Positions 8,266 to 17,755 of a stretch of 48,381 nucleotides of DNA are shown here, one piece after another; the stretch's first letter is position 1; every line of letters starts with the position of its first letter. Position numbers and translations under genes: made by a program. The DNA is taken from NCBI GenBank assembly GCA_007128045.1, contig SKYG01000123.1:1-48381 (forward strand), given 5' to 3'. The notes under the pieces were generated by a model. That model saw only the letters and a program-made list of their open reading frames with translations, had not been told where the DNA came from and ran no database searches. The stretch is from Bacteroidales bacterium. GTDB taxonomy: Bacteria; Bacteroidota; Bacteroidia; Bacteroidales; UBA7960.

Positions 8266-10390
8266 CCTTCTCTTCTTCTTCGTAGGCTTTAAGAAGTTGA
8301 TCTTGCACATCAGACGGAACCTGCTGATACTCTGCATACTTCATCGCATAAGTGGCACGTCCGCTGGTTAATGAACTCAGGCTGGTGGAATAGCGATTCA
8401 TTTCTGCCAATGGCACTTTTGCTTTGATAATCTGATAACCACCTTCGCTATCCATACCCATAATCAAGGCACGACGTCCCTGCAGATCAGTCATCACGTC
8501 GCCCATTTTATCTTCCGGCACCATTACCTCCACATCGTATATAGGCTCGAGAATCTTGGGAGCTGCATTTTTAAACGCCTCTCTGAAAGCATTACGGCCT
8601 GCCAGTTTAAAAGAAATTTCGTTGGAATCGACAGGGTGCATTTTTCCGTCATACACATTTACAATGATGTCTCGGGCATATGAGCCTGTAAGTGGGCCTT
8701 CCTCCATTTTTTCCATAATTCCTTTGAGAATAGCCGGCAAAAAACGGGCGTCGATAGCACCACCTACGATACAGTTATGGAATATCAACTTGCCACCCCA
8801 TGCCAGGGCGACCTCATCCTTACCACGAATGGGAAACTCAGTCTGGTCGGGTCTGCCTTCAATATGTGGTTCTATCATCATGTGAACCTCCCCGAACTGT
8901 CCGGCACCACCTGATTGTTTTTTATGACGGTATGTGGATTTTGCAGACTTGGTTATGGTTTCCCTGTAAGGAATCTTGGGAGCATAATATTCGACCTCAA
9001 CCTTGTTAAGGTTCTCGATCATCCATTTGGCAACATTCAGGTGCATCTCACCCTGACCAGAGAAAATGACCTGCTTCAGTTCTTTTGAATGTTCAAAAAC
9101 CAAAGTAGGATCAATATTATTCAAATCTTTAAGAAGTGTAGCCAGTTTTTCATCGTCTGAAGAACTCTTGGCCTTGACAGCAGTACGGTATTTGGGGTCT
9201 GGATAGTCGATCGGAGAGACCTTAACACCCTGGTTTTTGGAGGATGTAAGGGTGTTGTTGGTATTCGTATCTTTAAGTTTTATTGTGGCTGCAATATCAC
9301 CCGGACATACTTTCTCCACCTTCTGACGGTTCTTACCTGCAACGGCAAACAACTGAGATAGTCTCTCCTTGGATCCTGTATTTGCATTTAGCAGGTCAAT
9401 AGCTTCTGTTATGATTCCATCATACACTTTGAAAAATGAGATCTCACCCAGGTGAGGTTCAACAGCAGTTTTGAACACAAAAGCCACCTGAGGATTATTT
9501 TCTTGCATAGCAAGATCATTGCCTTCTGCAGTTTTCGTGGAAGCAACTTCAAGTGGCGACGGAAGGTTCTCAATAACGAATTCCATGAAACGGTTTACAC
9601 CCTGGTTGTGTTTCCCTGACACACACAATATCGGGAACATGGTGCGTGTTGCAATCCCTTGATTGATACCTTTAGCCAGTTCTTCATCAGACAAAGTGCC
9701 ATTTTCGAAAAACGCTTCCATCAAGGCCTCTTCACTTTCGGCAGCTGCTTCGATGATCGCATTGCGGTACTCTTCCGCCTTTTCCATTTCAGCCTCAGGA
9801 ATATCAAGAATCTGGGGGGTTCCGCCACCGGAAGGAAACTTAAACATCTTCATTTTTAACACATCAACAATGCTATCGAAACCTATACCCGGATTTAATG
9901 GATACTGGGCAATAATCGCTTTTTCGCCAAACTGAGTTTTTATCTGGCGAACCGATTCATCAAAATTTGCCTTCTCGTGCTCTACCTGATTAATAAGGAA
10001 GACAGCAGGCTTTTCCAATCGGGTAATGCTCCTCCAGGTGATCTCCGTTCCTACCTCAACACCATTCTGGGCATTAATCATCATAATCATTGTGTCGGCA
10101 ACCTTCATCCCGGCAAGTACCTCTCCGATAAAATCATCAAAACCCGGGCAATCAATAATATTGATCTTCTTTCCGGCATATTCGGCATACAAAACAGTAG
10201 AAAAAACGGATGCCTGTCGCTCCAGTTCAATCTCACGGTAATCTGACACAGAATTCTTATCGTCAACAGATCCGCGCCTGTTTATCACTCCTCCTTCAAA
10301 CAACATGGCTTCAGCAAGCGTGGTTTTTCCGGATTTTGCCCCCCCAATCAGGGCAATGTTCTTAATTTCATTCGTTTGGTATACTTTCAT
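8255..10390 (-). CDS. Elongation factor G paralog with degenerate GTPase motifs (EF-G2-like)
   Basis: 711-aa ORF with five-domain EF-G architecture. G1 is GGAKSGKT (canonical AHIDAGKT). G3 is DCPGFDDF (canonical DTPGHVDF). G4 is NQVE (canonical NKMD). Confidence 0.8.
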   Translation of the reverse strand: MKVYQTNEIKNIALIGGAKSGKTTLAEAMLFEGGVINRRGSVDDKNSVSDYREIELERQASVFSTVLYAEYAGKKINIIDCPGFDDFIGEVLAGMKVADTMIMMINAQNGVEVGTEITWRSITRLEKPAVFLINQVEHEKANFDESVRQIKTQFGEKAIIAQYPLNPGIGFDSIVDVLKMKMFKFPSGGGTPQILDIPEAEMEKAEEYRNAIIEAAAESEEALMEAFFENGTLSDEELAKGINQGIATRTMFPILCVSGKHNQGVNRFMEFVIENLPSPLEVASTKTAEGNDLAMQENNPQVAFVFKTAVEPHLGEISFFKVYDGIITEAIDLLNANTGSKERLSQLFAVAGKNRQKVEKVCPGDIAATIKLKDTNTNNTLTSSKNQGVKVSPIDYPDPKYRTAVKAKSSSDDEKLATLLKDLNNIDPTLVFEHSKELKQVIFSGQGEMHLNVAKWMIENLNKVEVEYYAPKIPYRETITKSAKSTYRHKKQSGGAGQFGEVHMMIEPHIEGRPDQTEFPIRGKDEVALAWGGKLIFHNCIVGGAIDARFLPAILKGIMEKMEEGPLTGSYARDIIVNVYDGKMHPVDSNEISFKLAGRNAFREAFKNAAPKILEPIYDVEVMVPEDKMGDVMTDLQGRRALIMGMDSEGGYQIIKAKVPLAEMNRYSTSLSSLTSGRATYAMKYAEYQQVPSDVQDQLLKAYEEEEKDED

Positions 10391-10497
10391 AGCTACAAGT
10401 TCAAGTTTTGGCGTACATAATTTTAAGGTGGCTAAATTATAAAAAAAACTGCCACATGACGATAAAAATCAATCTAAATTTATAAAAATGAAGTGGT

Positions 10498-11412
10498 TTA
10501 ATCAGAAAAGCGTATCATCTTCATGAAAACCTCCCGTCTTGCTTCAATATCCTGGCTGTTTATCTCCAGCAAACTTTGCGTTCCGAAATTCCCAACTGTG
10601 AAACTGGCTGCCACCGTGCCGTAAACCAGCGCCCTTTTCAGTGTTTCGAATGAGGTATCATCTGCCTTTGACACGTACCCCATAAAGCCACCCGCGAAGG
10701 TATCACCGGCCCCGGTAGGGTCTACCACATTCTCCAACAATAATGCCGGAGCGTAAAACACCTCATTCTCTGAAAAAAGTATGGCACCGTGCTCTCCCTT
10801 TTTCACGATCAAAAAACGGGGGCCCATCTTCATAATCTTAGCTGCCGCTTTAACCAGGGAGTATTCACCTGATAGCTGCCGGGCCTCTTCATCATTGATG
10901 GCAAGAATATCCACCATGCCTATAACATCCAGGAGATCATCCATGGCAGTATCCATCCAAAAATTCATGGTATCCATGCAAATCAATGCCGGACGATGTG
11001 GAAGCTGGCCTATCACCTTTCTTTGAATAGACGGGGTAAGGTTGCCCAGCATCAGATAGCGACTATTCAGATATGAGTCAGGCAACACCGGATCAAAACC
11101 GGCCAACACATTCAAATCTGTGGTTAGGGTGTCACGAACATTCATATTTGTATGATACCTGCCTTCCCAAAAAAATGTTTTGCCATCAGGAACCACCTTT
11201 ATCCCTTCAATGTCGATGTGTCTATCCGTAAACAGCTTCAGGTATGAGGCTGGAAAGTCACCGCCTACAACTGAAACAAGCTTAATATCATCCGTGAACA
11301 AACTTGCTGCAAGCCCCACATAAGTACCTGCACCACCAAGAATTTTGTCTGTTTTCCCAAAAGGAGTTTCTATTTTATCGAATGCAACAGAGCCAACTAC
11401 CAATAAACTCAC
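10498..11412 (-). CDS. PfkB family carbohydrate/nucleoside kinase
   Basis: 304-aa ORF with a GTG start. Carries the C-terminal PfkB signature DPTGAGDTFAGGF and an N-terminal GG dipeptide region. Confidence 0.8.
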   Translation of the reverse strand: MSLLVVGSVAFDKIETPFGKTDKILGGAGTYVGLAASLFTDDIKLVSVVGGDFPASYLKLFTDRHIDIEGIKVVPDGKTFFWEGRYHTNMNVRDTLTTDLNVLAGFDPVLPDSYLNSRYLMLGNLTPSIQRKVIGQLPHRPALICMDTMNFWMDTAMDDLLDVIGMVDILAINDEEARQLSGEYSLVKAAAKIMKMGPRFLIVKKGEHGAILFSENEVFYAPALLLENVVDPTGAGDTFAGGFMGYVSKADDTSFETLKRALVYGTVAASFTVGNFGTQSLLEINSQDIEARREVFMKMIRFSD

Positions 11413-11507
11413 AATAAAAAGATTTTAAGTTAACCCCGGAATGGTCATTCGAAAAAATGTTCCGGAGCGAAAATTCCAACAACGAACCTTGGTTAAATAG
11501 TAAATCA

Positions 11508-12080
11508 TTATTTTAGCATGACAGCAAGCCTGGCCACCCGTTCGCCCAGCCCCCTTGCCTTGTCCAAAAAAGCAGAATGAACTCCTTCTTCATTGTCAAA
11601 AGGGTACTCCGACACAATGGCTGATGCGCCAAACGGTGATTTCCAGTCGGGACCTCCCACAACAACCATTCCAAATATAAGCATCGACTGTAAGATGTTC
11701 ATTTGGGTGATCTCCTCACCAGCCGACATCCCACCTGCCGTCACAAACGCTGCGCCGATCTTATCTTTTAATGGCTGTCCCTGAAAAGGCCAATCAGAAA
11801 TAAATTGCTGTACCTCTGGTGAGACATTTGCATTATAGACCGGACTTCCAACAATAATAGCATCTGCAGCAAGCAAGTCAGGAGTCGTGGTCTTATCAAC
11901 CGTTTTCATGATCACAGTAACCCCTTCAACCACCCTTGCACCCTCTGCAACTGCTTCTGCCATAGCCGCGGTATTACCAGTCTTACTGTGATAGGAGATT
12001 AAAACCGTTACCTGACCCACCAAGGCATTATTTGCAAGTAAAGTAACAGCTACTGCGAACAACATTACGGCAACTTTCAT
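11508..12080 (-). CDS. Flavodoxin-like fold protein (WrbA/NAD(P)H-quinone reductase-like) with a hydrophobic N-terminal segment
   Basis: Start called at ATG 12080 (MKVAVMLFAVAVTLLANNALVGQ...). The 30 upstream in-frame codons belong to a repeat element. The segment ISYHSKTGNTAAMAEAVAEG is a flavodoxin-type FMN phosphate-binding loop. Confidence 0.7.
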   Translation of the reverse strand: MKVAVMLFAVAVTLLANNALVGQVTVLISYHSKTGNTAAMAEAVAEGARVVEGVTVIMKTVDKTTTPDLLAADAIIVGSPVYNANVSPEVQQFISDWPFQGQPLKDKIGAAFVTAGGMSAGEEITQMNILQSMLIFGMVVVGGPDWKSPFGASAIVSEYPFDNEEGVHSAFLDKARGLGERVARLAVMLK

Positions 12081-12187
12081 GTGTTTATTTTTTTCCCTTT
12101 GACCTTCGACCTTCGACCTTTGACCCCCATGAAAAACAATCATGCGTCTGTGTGTCAAAGTGTTTGTCATGGGTATTTCATGTGTTT
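12081..12187 (-). repeat. About 100-nt start-codon-abutting repeat element, well-conserved copy
   Basis: In gene orientation it reads AAACACATGAAATACCCATGACAAACACTTTGACACACAGACGCATGATTGTTTTTCATGGGGGTCAAAGGTCGAAGGTCGAAGGTCAAAGGGAAAAAAATAAACAC|ATG. It is near-identical to the copies at 31588, 33222 and 35937. Confidence 0.9.
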
Positions 12188-12291
12188 AAAATTGTCTGAA
12201 TGTCTGAATGTCGAAAAGTCAAAAAAAAGGGGAAATCTTTTAATCATGCGTCTGTGTGTCAATGCGTTTATCATAGACGTGTCATGTGTTT
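12188..12291 (-). repeat. Degenerate tandem second copy of the same element
   Basis: It keeps the core AAACACATGAC..ATGATAAACGCATTGACACACAGACGCATGATT. The heptamer block is replaced by CATTCAGA-type octamers (plus strand GTCTGAAT x2). Confidence 0.75.
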
Positions 12292-12304
12292 GATTATTTA
12301 AATC

Positions 12305-14143
12305 TTATTCTACGGTAACTGACTTAGCCAGGTTTCTGGGCTGGTCAACATTGCAGCCCCTTAATACAGCAATATGATATGACAGTAATTGCAAGGGGAT
12401 GGTAGCAACTATAGGGACAAATATTTCATCAGTTTCAGGAATTTCGATTACATAATCAGCCATTTGGCGAACCGTAGTGTCGCCTTGTGTTATCAGGGCA
12501 ATGATAACCCCTTTACGTGCTTTTACTTCCTGAATGTTACTAACGACCTTTTCGTAACTGCCTTTTTTTGTAGCTATGACCACCACGGGCATATTTTCGT
12601 CGATCAGGGCTATGGGGCCATGTTTCATCTCTGCAGCGGGGTAACCTTCAGCATGGATGTATGAAATCTCCTTTAGTTTCAAAGCACCTTCCAGGGCCAC
12701 AGGGAAATTATATCCCCGTCCAAGATACAAGAAGTTCCTGGCGTTAAAAAAAATGTGTGATAATTCTTCAATCTGTTGATTAACCTCGAGTGTTTTCTCA
12801 AGTTTTTCCGGAATTGATTCAAGCTCATTGATCAGTTGATGAAACCTTGGTTTGGGAATGGTTCCCTTTTTGTCGGCTACCGACAAGGCCATCAGGGCGA
12901 GTACGACCACCTGGGCGGTAAAGGCTTTTGTTGATGCCACGCCAATTTCCGGGCCGGCATGTGTATATGACCCCGCATGAGTTGCCCGCGCTATAGAGGA
13001 GCCAACCACATTGCATATTCCTATAATGATTGCACCCTTGGCTTTGGCAAGCTCAACAGCGGCGAGTGTATCAGCGGTTTCTCCCGACTGGCTGATGGCA
13101 ATAACTATATCACCCTCGTATATGATAGGATTCCGGTACCTGAACTCTGAAGCATATTCTACCTCTACAGGAATCCTTGTCAGGTCTTCAAAAAGACATT
13201 CTCCAACCAGTCCGGCATGCCAGGAAGTACCACATGCCACGATGATAATCCGCCTGGCATTCACAAAAGCCTGCTGATAGTCGATGATGCCTCCGAGCGC
13301 CACAACACCTTTAGATGCATTAAGCCGGCCCCTCATACTATCTTTTACGCTTCTGGGTTGTTCGTATATCTCCTTTAGCATGAAATGGGGAAAGCCTTCT
13401 TTTTCAATGGCAGAGAGCTGCATTTCCAGATGATGAATATATGGTGTTTTCTCCTGGTTTCTGATGGTTTTGATTTTCAAACGACCTTGCCTGGGTATAA
13501 CCGCCATTTCTTCCTCATCAAGGTATACCACGTTTTTCGTATATTCTACTATCGGGGAAGCATCAGAAGCAATAAAGAATTCATTCTTGCCGATGCCAAT
13601 CACCAGCGGACTGCCTTTCTTTGCGGCGATCAACATGTCTGGATTGTCTTTTGATACCAGCACAATGGCATAAGCACCTATCACGTGGTTCAGTGCAATT
13701 CTTACGGCTTCTGTAAGGTCCACACCCTCTTGAAGTTTGGTTTCCTCTATCAAATGGATGAGTACTTCTGTATCGGTATTGCTCCTGAAATGATACCCAC
13801 GATTAATCAGCTCTTTTTTCAGTGAGGCATAATTCTCAATGATCCCATTATGAATTAATGCCATGTTGCCAGAAGTGCTGCAATGAGGATGAGCATTTGA
13901 ATCGTTTGGTTCACCATGGGTTGCCCAGCGCGTATGTCCTATGCCAATGTTTCCTGACAGGTTATTCCCCTTGATCTTGTCTTCCAGATCAGAGACCTTT
14001 CCACTGGTTTTGTACAACCGTAAAGATCCGTCCAACAGAGCAATACCGGCACTGTCATACCCTCGATACTCAAGTCGGTGCAAACCCTTAATTAATATGG
14101 GATATGCTTCCCTGGGCCCTATATAACCAACAATGCCACACAT
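12305..14143 (-). CDS. glmS: Glutamine--fructose-6-phosphate aminotransferase (isomerizing)
   Basis: 612-aa ORF with the N-terminal nucleophile MCGIVGY, two SIS domains and the C-terminal ...NLAKSVTVE, which is diagnostic of GlmS. Confidence 0.95.
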   Translation of the reverse strand: MCGIVGYIGPREAYPILIKGLHRLEYRGYDSAGIALLDGSLRLYKTSGKVSDLEDKIKGNNLSGNIGIGHTRWATHGEPNDSNAHPHCSTSGNMALIHNGIIENYASLKKELINRGYHFRSNTDTEVLIHLIEETKLQEGVDLTEAVRIALNHVIGAYAIVLVSKDNPDMLIAAKKGSPLVIGIGKNEFFIASDASPIVEYTKNVVYLDEEEMAVIPRQGRLKIKTIRNQEKTPYIHHLEMQLSAIEKEGFPHFMLKEIYEQPRSVKDSMRGRLNASKGVVALGGIIDYQQAFVNARRIIIVACGTSWHAGLVGECLFEDLTRIPVEVEYASEFRYRNPIIYEGDIVIAISQSGETADTLAAVELAKAKGAIIIGICNVVGSSIARATHAGSYTHAGPEIGVASTKAFTAQVVVLALMALSVADKKGTIPKPRFHQLINELESIPEKLEKTLEVNQQIEELSHIFFNARNFLYLGRGYNFPVALEGALKLKEISYIHAEGYPAAEMKHGPIALIDENMPVVVIATKKGSYEKVVSNIQEVKARKGVIIALITQGDTTVRQMADYVIEIPETDEIFVPIVATIPLQLLSYHIAVLRGCNVDQPRNLAKSVTVE

Positions 14144-14175
14144 GCTTTTAATACGTTAGATTGAATCAGGATACT

Positions 14176-15570
14176 TTACTCGAAAACAGTGTAAACAATC
14201 TCAAGCCACATGGCGTCATTGGAGCGCCCCGGTCCATTAATAACGACACGTTCTGCTCCTTCAGCACCTCCGGCAACCCTTAACACCATCCCGTAATCTG
14301 AAATTCTTCCGTCAAGCAGACCTTGCAAATAACGGGTAATATTAAACTTATAGTGTTGGTCTGCTTCTGAATAAACACCCCCAAAGTAAGCTTCACCAAG
14401 AAACATGTCAGACAAGAATTCCATTCTCCCTTGCTCATTCAGGCGGTGAAGTATCAACTGTCGGGCTTCCGGAAATAATTCATCGGAAAAATCAGTTGCA
14501 ACAGGCATGATGATACTGGCTTTATTGATGATGAGCCCCGGCAATTTTTTCAGCTCATCCAGATATGGCAAAGTAATTTTCGATCGCAATTTACCCATAG
14601 ACTGTAAAAAAAGCAAACTGTCACCATATTCGGCTGGGTTTTGTGCGCCAAGTTGGTCGAGCAAAAATTGATTTGCTCCCTCAAAACCAAAATCTTTAAA
14701 GTAGCTGAAACGTTTTGCAAATTCACTGATGTAGAAATCATGTTGTGTTGCCGTTTCATCACCATCCCGGTAATACAATCGCAGACGGGTATAAAAGGAG
14801 TACATATTGACATTAAAGATGGATCCAAAGCCGTTAATTTCATCATCTACGCTAATATACAAACCCTTAAAATAATCGAGAAAACTTGGGATATCGCGAA
14901 AAGCGTCCGTTCCGTTGGCATCAATAATTTTTTGTCCGAACACATCATCAAGCCTGATTGAGAAGTGGGGCGCCACAACAACCGAATCAACGAGCACACT
15001 GTCTTGAGGAGCAGGTCTTAACAATTTTTGACCGATATGGTTGTCGTAGTGCGGAACAAACAAATTGGAATGTAAGGTATCATTGTCAGGAATTGATTCA
15101 CTAAGTTCGTATACCCTGAGTGTTTGAATTGTTTGAAGCTGTCCGTAATACTTTCCGGTATAGCCCAGGTATAAAACCACAGAGTCTAACTGAGGATCAG
15201 AACCCAGAGAAAAATCATTTCCTGGCAAGCGAAACTCTGTGAAAATTTCAGACTTAACCTTGCCAAATACCGGATCATTCATTACTCCAAGTATATGTTG
15301 GTTGGAAAAACTCGTGATAACACTATCAGAAAGAGTGGTGTAAGCCTTCAGTGAAATGGTATCGGTGGTACTGAAAGAAGCCTTGTTATTGATCAGGTTT
15401 AAGCCTACTTCATCGGGTTCTGAGCACCCAAAAAATCCGATAAACAAAAAGATGATGATTGACAGGGTGTTCCTCCGTTCTAAAAAACCCCCGTGGAAAC
15501 GGGAGAAGTTGATTGCTTTCAAAATAAATGAAATTTTATACGACAAAACCAATATGATATATGCCTTCAA
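14176..15570 (-). CDS. DUF4270-like lipoprotein (start uncertain)
   Basis: 464-aa ORF. The lipobox-like FIGFFGCSEP lies about 45 residues in. The position between glmS and glycogen synthase is one I recall as typical for DUF4270 in Bacteroidota. No catalytic motif was recognised. Confidence 0.5.
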   Translation of the reverse strand: MKAYIILVLSYKISFILKAINFSRFHGGFLERRNTLSIIIFLFIGFFGCSEPDEVGLNLINNKASFSTTDTISLKAYTTLSDSVITSFSNQHILGVMNDPVFGKVKSEIFTEFRLPGNDFSLGSDPQLDSVVLYLGYTGKYYGQLQTIQTLRVYELSESIPDNDTLHSNLFVPHYDNHIGQKLLRPAPQDSVLVDSVVVAPHFSIRLDDVFGQKIIDANGTDAFRDIPSFLDYFKGLYISVDDEINGFGSIFNVNMYSFYTRLRLYYRDGDETATQHDFYISEFAKRFSYFKDFGFEGANQFLLDQLGAQNPAEYGDSLLFLQSMGKLRSKITLPYLDELKKLPGLIINKASIIMPVATDFSDELFPEARQLILHRLNEQGRMEFLSDMFLGEAYFGGVYSEADQHYKFNITRYLQGLLDGRISDYGMVLRVAGGAEGAERVVINGPGRSNDAMWLEIVYTVFE

Positions 15571-15610
15571 AAAAAACAGGCTTATGAACTGAACGCAAAA
15601 TTAAAAGAAT

Positions 15611-16438
15611 TTATTCTGTAAATACAGATTCCTTGACTAAAACTTCATCATAAAAAACGTTATAGGCATCAACATAGGTTTCTTTATCATGAAATTCGAG
15701 AAATGGTTTGCCGCTTTCCCTGACATATTCTTCCAGCTCAGGATCAATATCACGATCGCCAAAAATGATACCATCTGAATAGTCAACAGCAGCTTTACTG
15801 ATAGACAGATACGATGGGTCTACATATTTTTTCAATGCCTGCTCCGGGATGTCTTTATACTTCATCTTCCTGGCAAGATCTTTGTCTAAAGGCTCAACAA
15901 ACGTGTCATTGTATATGGAGTATACGACCTTTGAGTCTGTGAATAGAGGGTTGTCGCGGAAAGCAACCTTGAGATAAAAAGGCATCAGGCTAGTGAACCA
16001 ACCATTGCAATGCACGATATCGGGAGCCCATCCAAGTTTTTTAACAGTTTCTATAACGCCGCGGACAAAAAATATGGCACGTTCGTCATTATCTGCAAAA
16101 CATTTACCATTCTTCCCGGCTAAAGTAAATTTTCTTTGGAAATAATCTTCGTTATCAATGAAATAAATTTGCATTCGTGCCGATTGAATTGATGCAACCT
16201 TGATAATTAAAGGATGGTCTGCATTGTCTATTACCAGATTCATCCCGGAAAGTCTGATCACTTCGTGCAACTGGTTGCGCCTTTCATTGATACAGCCGTA
16301 ACGGGGCATAAAAGTACGGATTTCCTTTCCCTTTTCCTGAATGCCCTGAGGTAAATATCTCCCAATTTGCCCCATATGTGTTTCTTTCAGATAAGGAGTG
16401 ATCTCTTGCTGAACAAAAAGAACCTTTGGCTTTTCCAT
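15611..16438 (-). CDS. Short Bacteroidota-type glycogen/starch synthase-like protein
   Basis: 275-aa ORF. The N-terminus KVLFVQQEITPY...GQIGRYLPQ resembles the GT5 starch synthase catalytic N-domain. Only one Rossmann half is present. Confidence 0.65.
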   Translation of the reverse strand: MEKPKVLFVQQEITPYLKETHMGQIGRYLPQGIQEKGKEIRTFMPRYGCINERRNQLHEVIRLSGMNLVIDNADHPLIIKVASIQSARMQIYFIDNEDYFQRKFTLAGKNGKCFADNDERAIFFVRGVIETVKKLGWAPDIVHCNGWFTSLMPFYLKVAFRDNPLFTDSKVVYSIYNDTFVEPLDKDLARKMKYKDIPEQALKKYVDPSYLSISKAAVDYSDGIIFGDRDIDPELEEYVRESGKPFLEFHDKETYVDAYNVFYDEVLVKESVFTE

Positions 16439-16489
16439 ATATATAATTTATTGAATATTTTAAAAATAATATGCAAAAGTACGATTTTT

Positions 16490-16522
16490 TTTGCTCATTT
16501 TCAAATATTCATTATAGCTTTG
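16490..16522 (+). promoter_or_regulatory. Candidate Bacteroidota sigma-A promoter (-33 TTTG, 21-nt spacer, -7 TAGCTTTG)
   Basis: TTTG at 16490-16493 and TAGCTTTG at 16515-16522 match the TTTG-N19-21-TAnnTTTG consensus exactly. The site lies about 100 nt upstream of ATG 16624. Confidence 0.4.
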
Positions 16523-16623
16523 CGGATTTGTTTGTCTCTTTTTAAGCCTGATCTTTCATACATATACAGTTAAAAACTAATATCTTATCAAACCAACGAA
16601 AACTAAATCCAGACTAAATCAAA

Positions 16624-17667
16624 ATGGGTAATAACTCTGGCCAGCTTCCGGGAAAACGGTCTTATCGTTATTTGAAGGTTATACTATCATTGGCGTTTGG
16701 AATCTTCCTGCTGTGGTTGATAAGCAGGGATCAGGACTTTGAATTGATATTCAATGAGGTACGTGAGGCAAACTATTTTTGGATCATACTTGCAGCAGTT
16801 TTTGCAGCCATGAGCCATCTTTTACGTGCCCTCAGGTGGAATGTCCTTGTAAACTCTCTCGGATATAATGCCAACACCTGGCAATCATTTAACGCGGTGA
16901 TGATCGGCTATCTCTCAAACCTGGCAGTCCCCAGACTAGGCGAAATAACCCGTTGCGTAATGCTGGGAAGGCTTACCAAAGCACCCATAAATTCACTCTT
17001 TGGAACCGTAGTAGCAGAAAGGGTGTTCGACATGTTCACCCTAATGGCAATCCTCGCCCTGACCATAGCTTTTCAGTATGAATTTCTTAAAAGTTTCCTG
17101 TATCGATTCTTTGTCTCTCCTCTGATGATTATGGAAACCAAAGGCTGGTGGTACCTGATGGTCATTCTGTTTATGGCCATCATCTTGCTAACTGCTGCTT
17201 TTTTATTTATAAAACGAAAGTTGTCGACTTCCGAATCAGGAGGGTTCTATTACAAGCTCAAACGACAGGTAACCGGATTGAAAAATGGCATGCTTACCAT
17301 CTGGACCATAAAAAGGAAGGTTCTGTTTATCTTCTACAGCATACTTATCTGGATGTGCTATCTGCTTACAGTCTACTTTTGTTTTTTTGCCATCGAGGCC
17401 ACCGCACACCTTTCCATTCAGGCTGCTGTCACCTTATTGGCTGTAGGCAGCCTCGGCATCGTTGCTCCGGTGCCTGGCGGTATAGGCACCTACCATTTCC
17501 TTACCATACTCACCCTTACTGAATTATATGGTATTGTAAGTGAACCTGCTACATCATACGCCTATATCTCTCATGCAATACAAACCCTGGTGATTATCAT
17601 CATTGGTTCTGCGGCCTGGTTTTCAATCTCATTTCAAAAAAAAACCGGCAACATCAGCCATGTATGA
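16624..17667 (+). CDS. Lysylphosphatidylglycerol-synthase-TM-region-like (UPF0104/flippase-like) membrane protein
   Basis: 347-aa polytopic ORF. The motif region LRALRWNVL...PRLGEITRC is typical of the UPF0104 family. Confidence 0.6.
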   Translation: MGNNSGQLPGKRSYRYLKVILSLAFGIFLLWLISRDQDFELIFNEVREANYFWIILAAVFAAMSHLLRALRWNVLVNSLGYNANTWQSFNAVMIGYLSNLAVPRLGEITRCVMLGRLTKAPINSLFGTVVAERVFDMFTLMAILALTIAFQYEFLKSFLYRFFVSPLMIMETKGWWYLMVILFMAIILLTAAFLFIKRKLSTSESGGFYYKLKRQVTGLKNGMLTIWTIKRKVLFIFYSILIWMCYLLTVYFCFFAIEATAHLSIQAAVTLLAVGSLGIVAPVPGGIGTYHFLTILTLTELYGIVSEPATSYAYISHAIQTLVIIIIGSAAWFSISFQKKTGNISHV

Positions 17668-17755
17668 CATACGTTCATGGCTCCTTGATGAACAACATGG
17701 TTTTAATAAACGTTTAACAACAAAATATTCTATTGTGCAAATACGGTAAGTTCCC

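Noticed and set aside
8266-8337. A longer AbgT N-terminus (MQSISRFRLMCKINFLKPTKKKRR)
   Set aside because: It would overlap the EF-G paralog by 83 nt. The extension lies in the antisense-independent coding region of the upstream gene. ATG 8265 gives a typical AbgT N-terminus.
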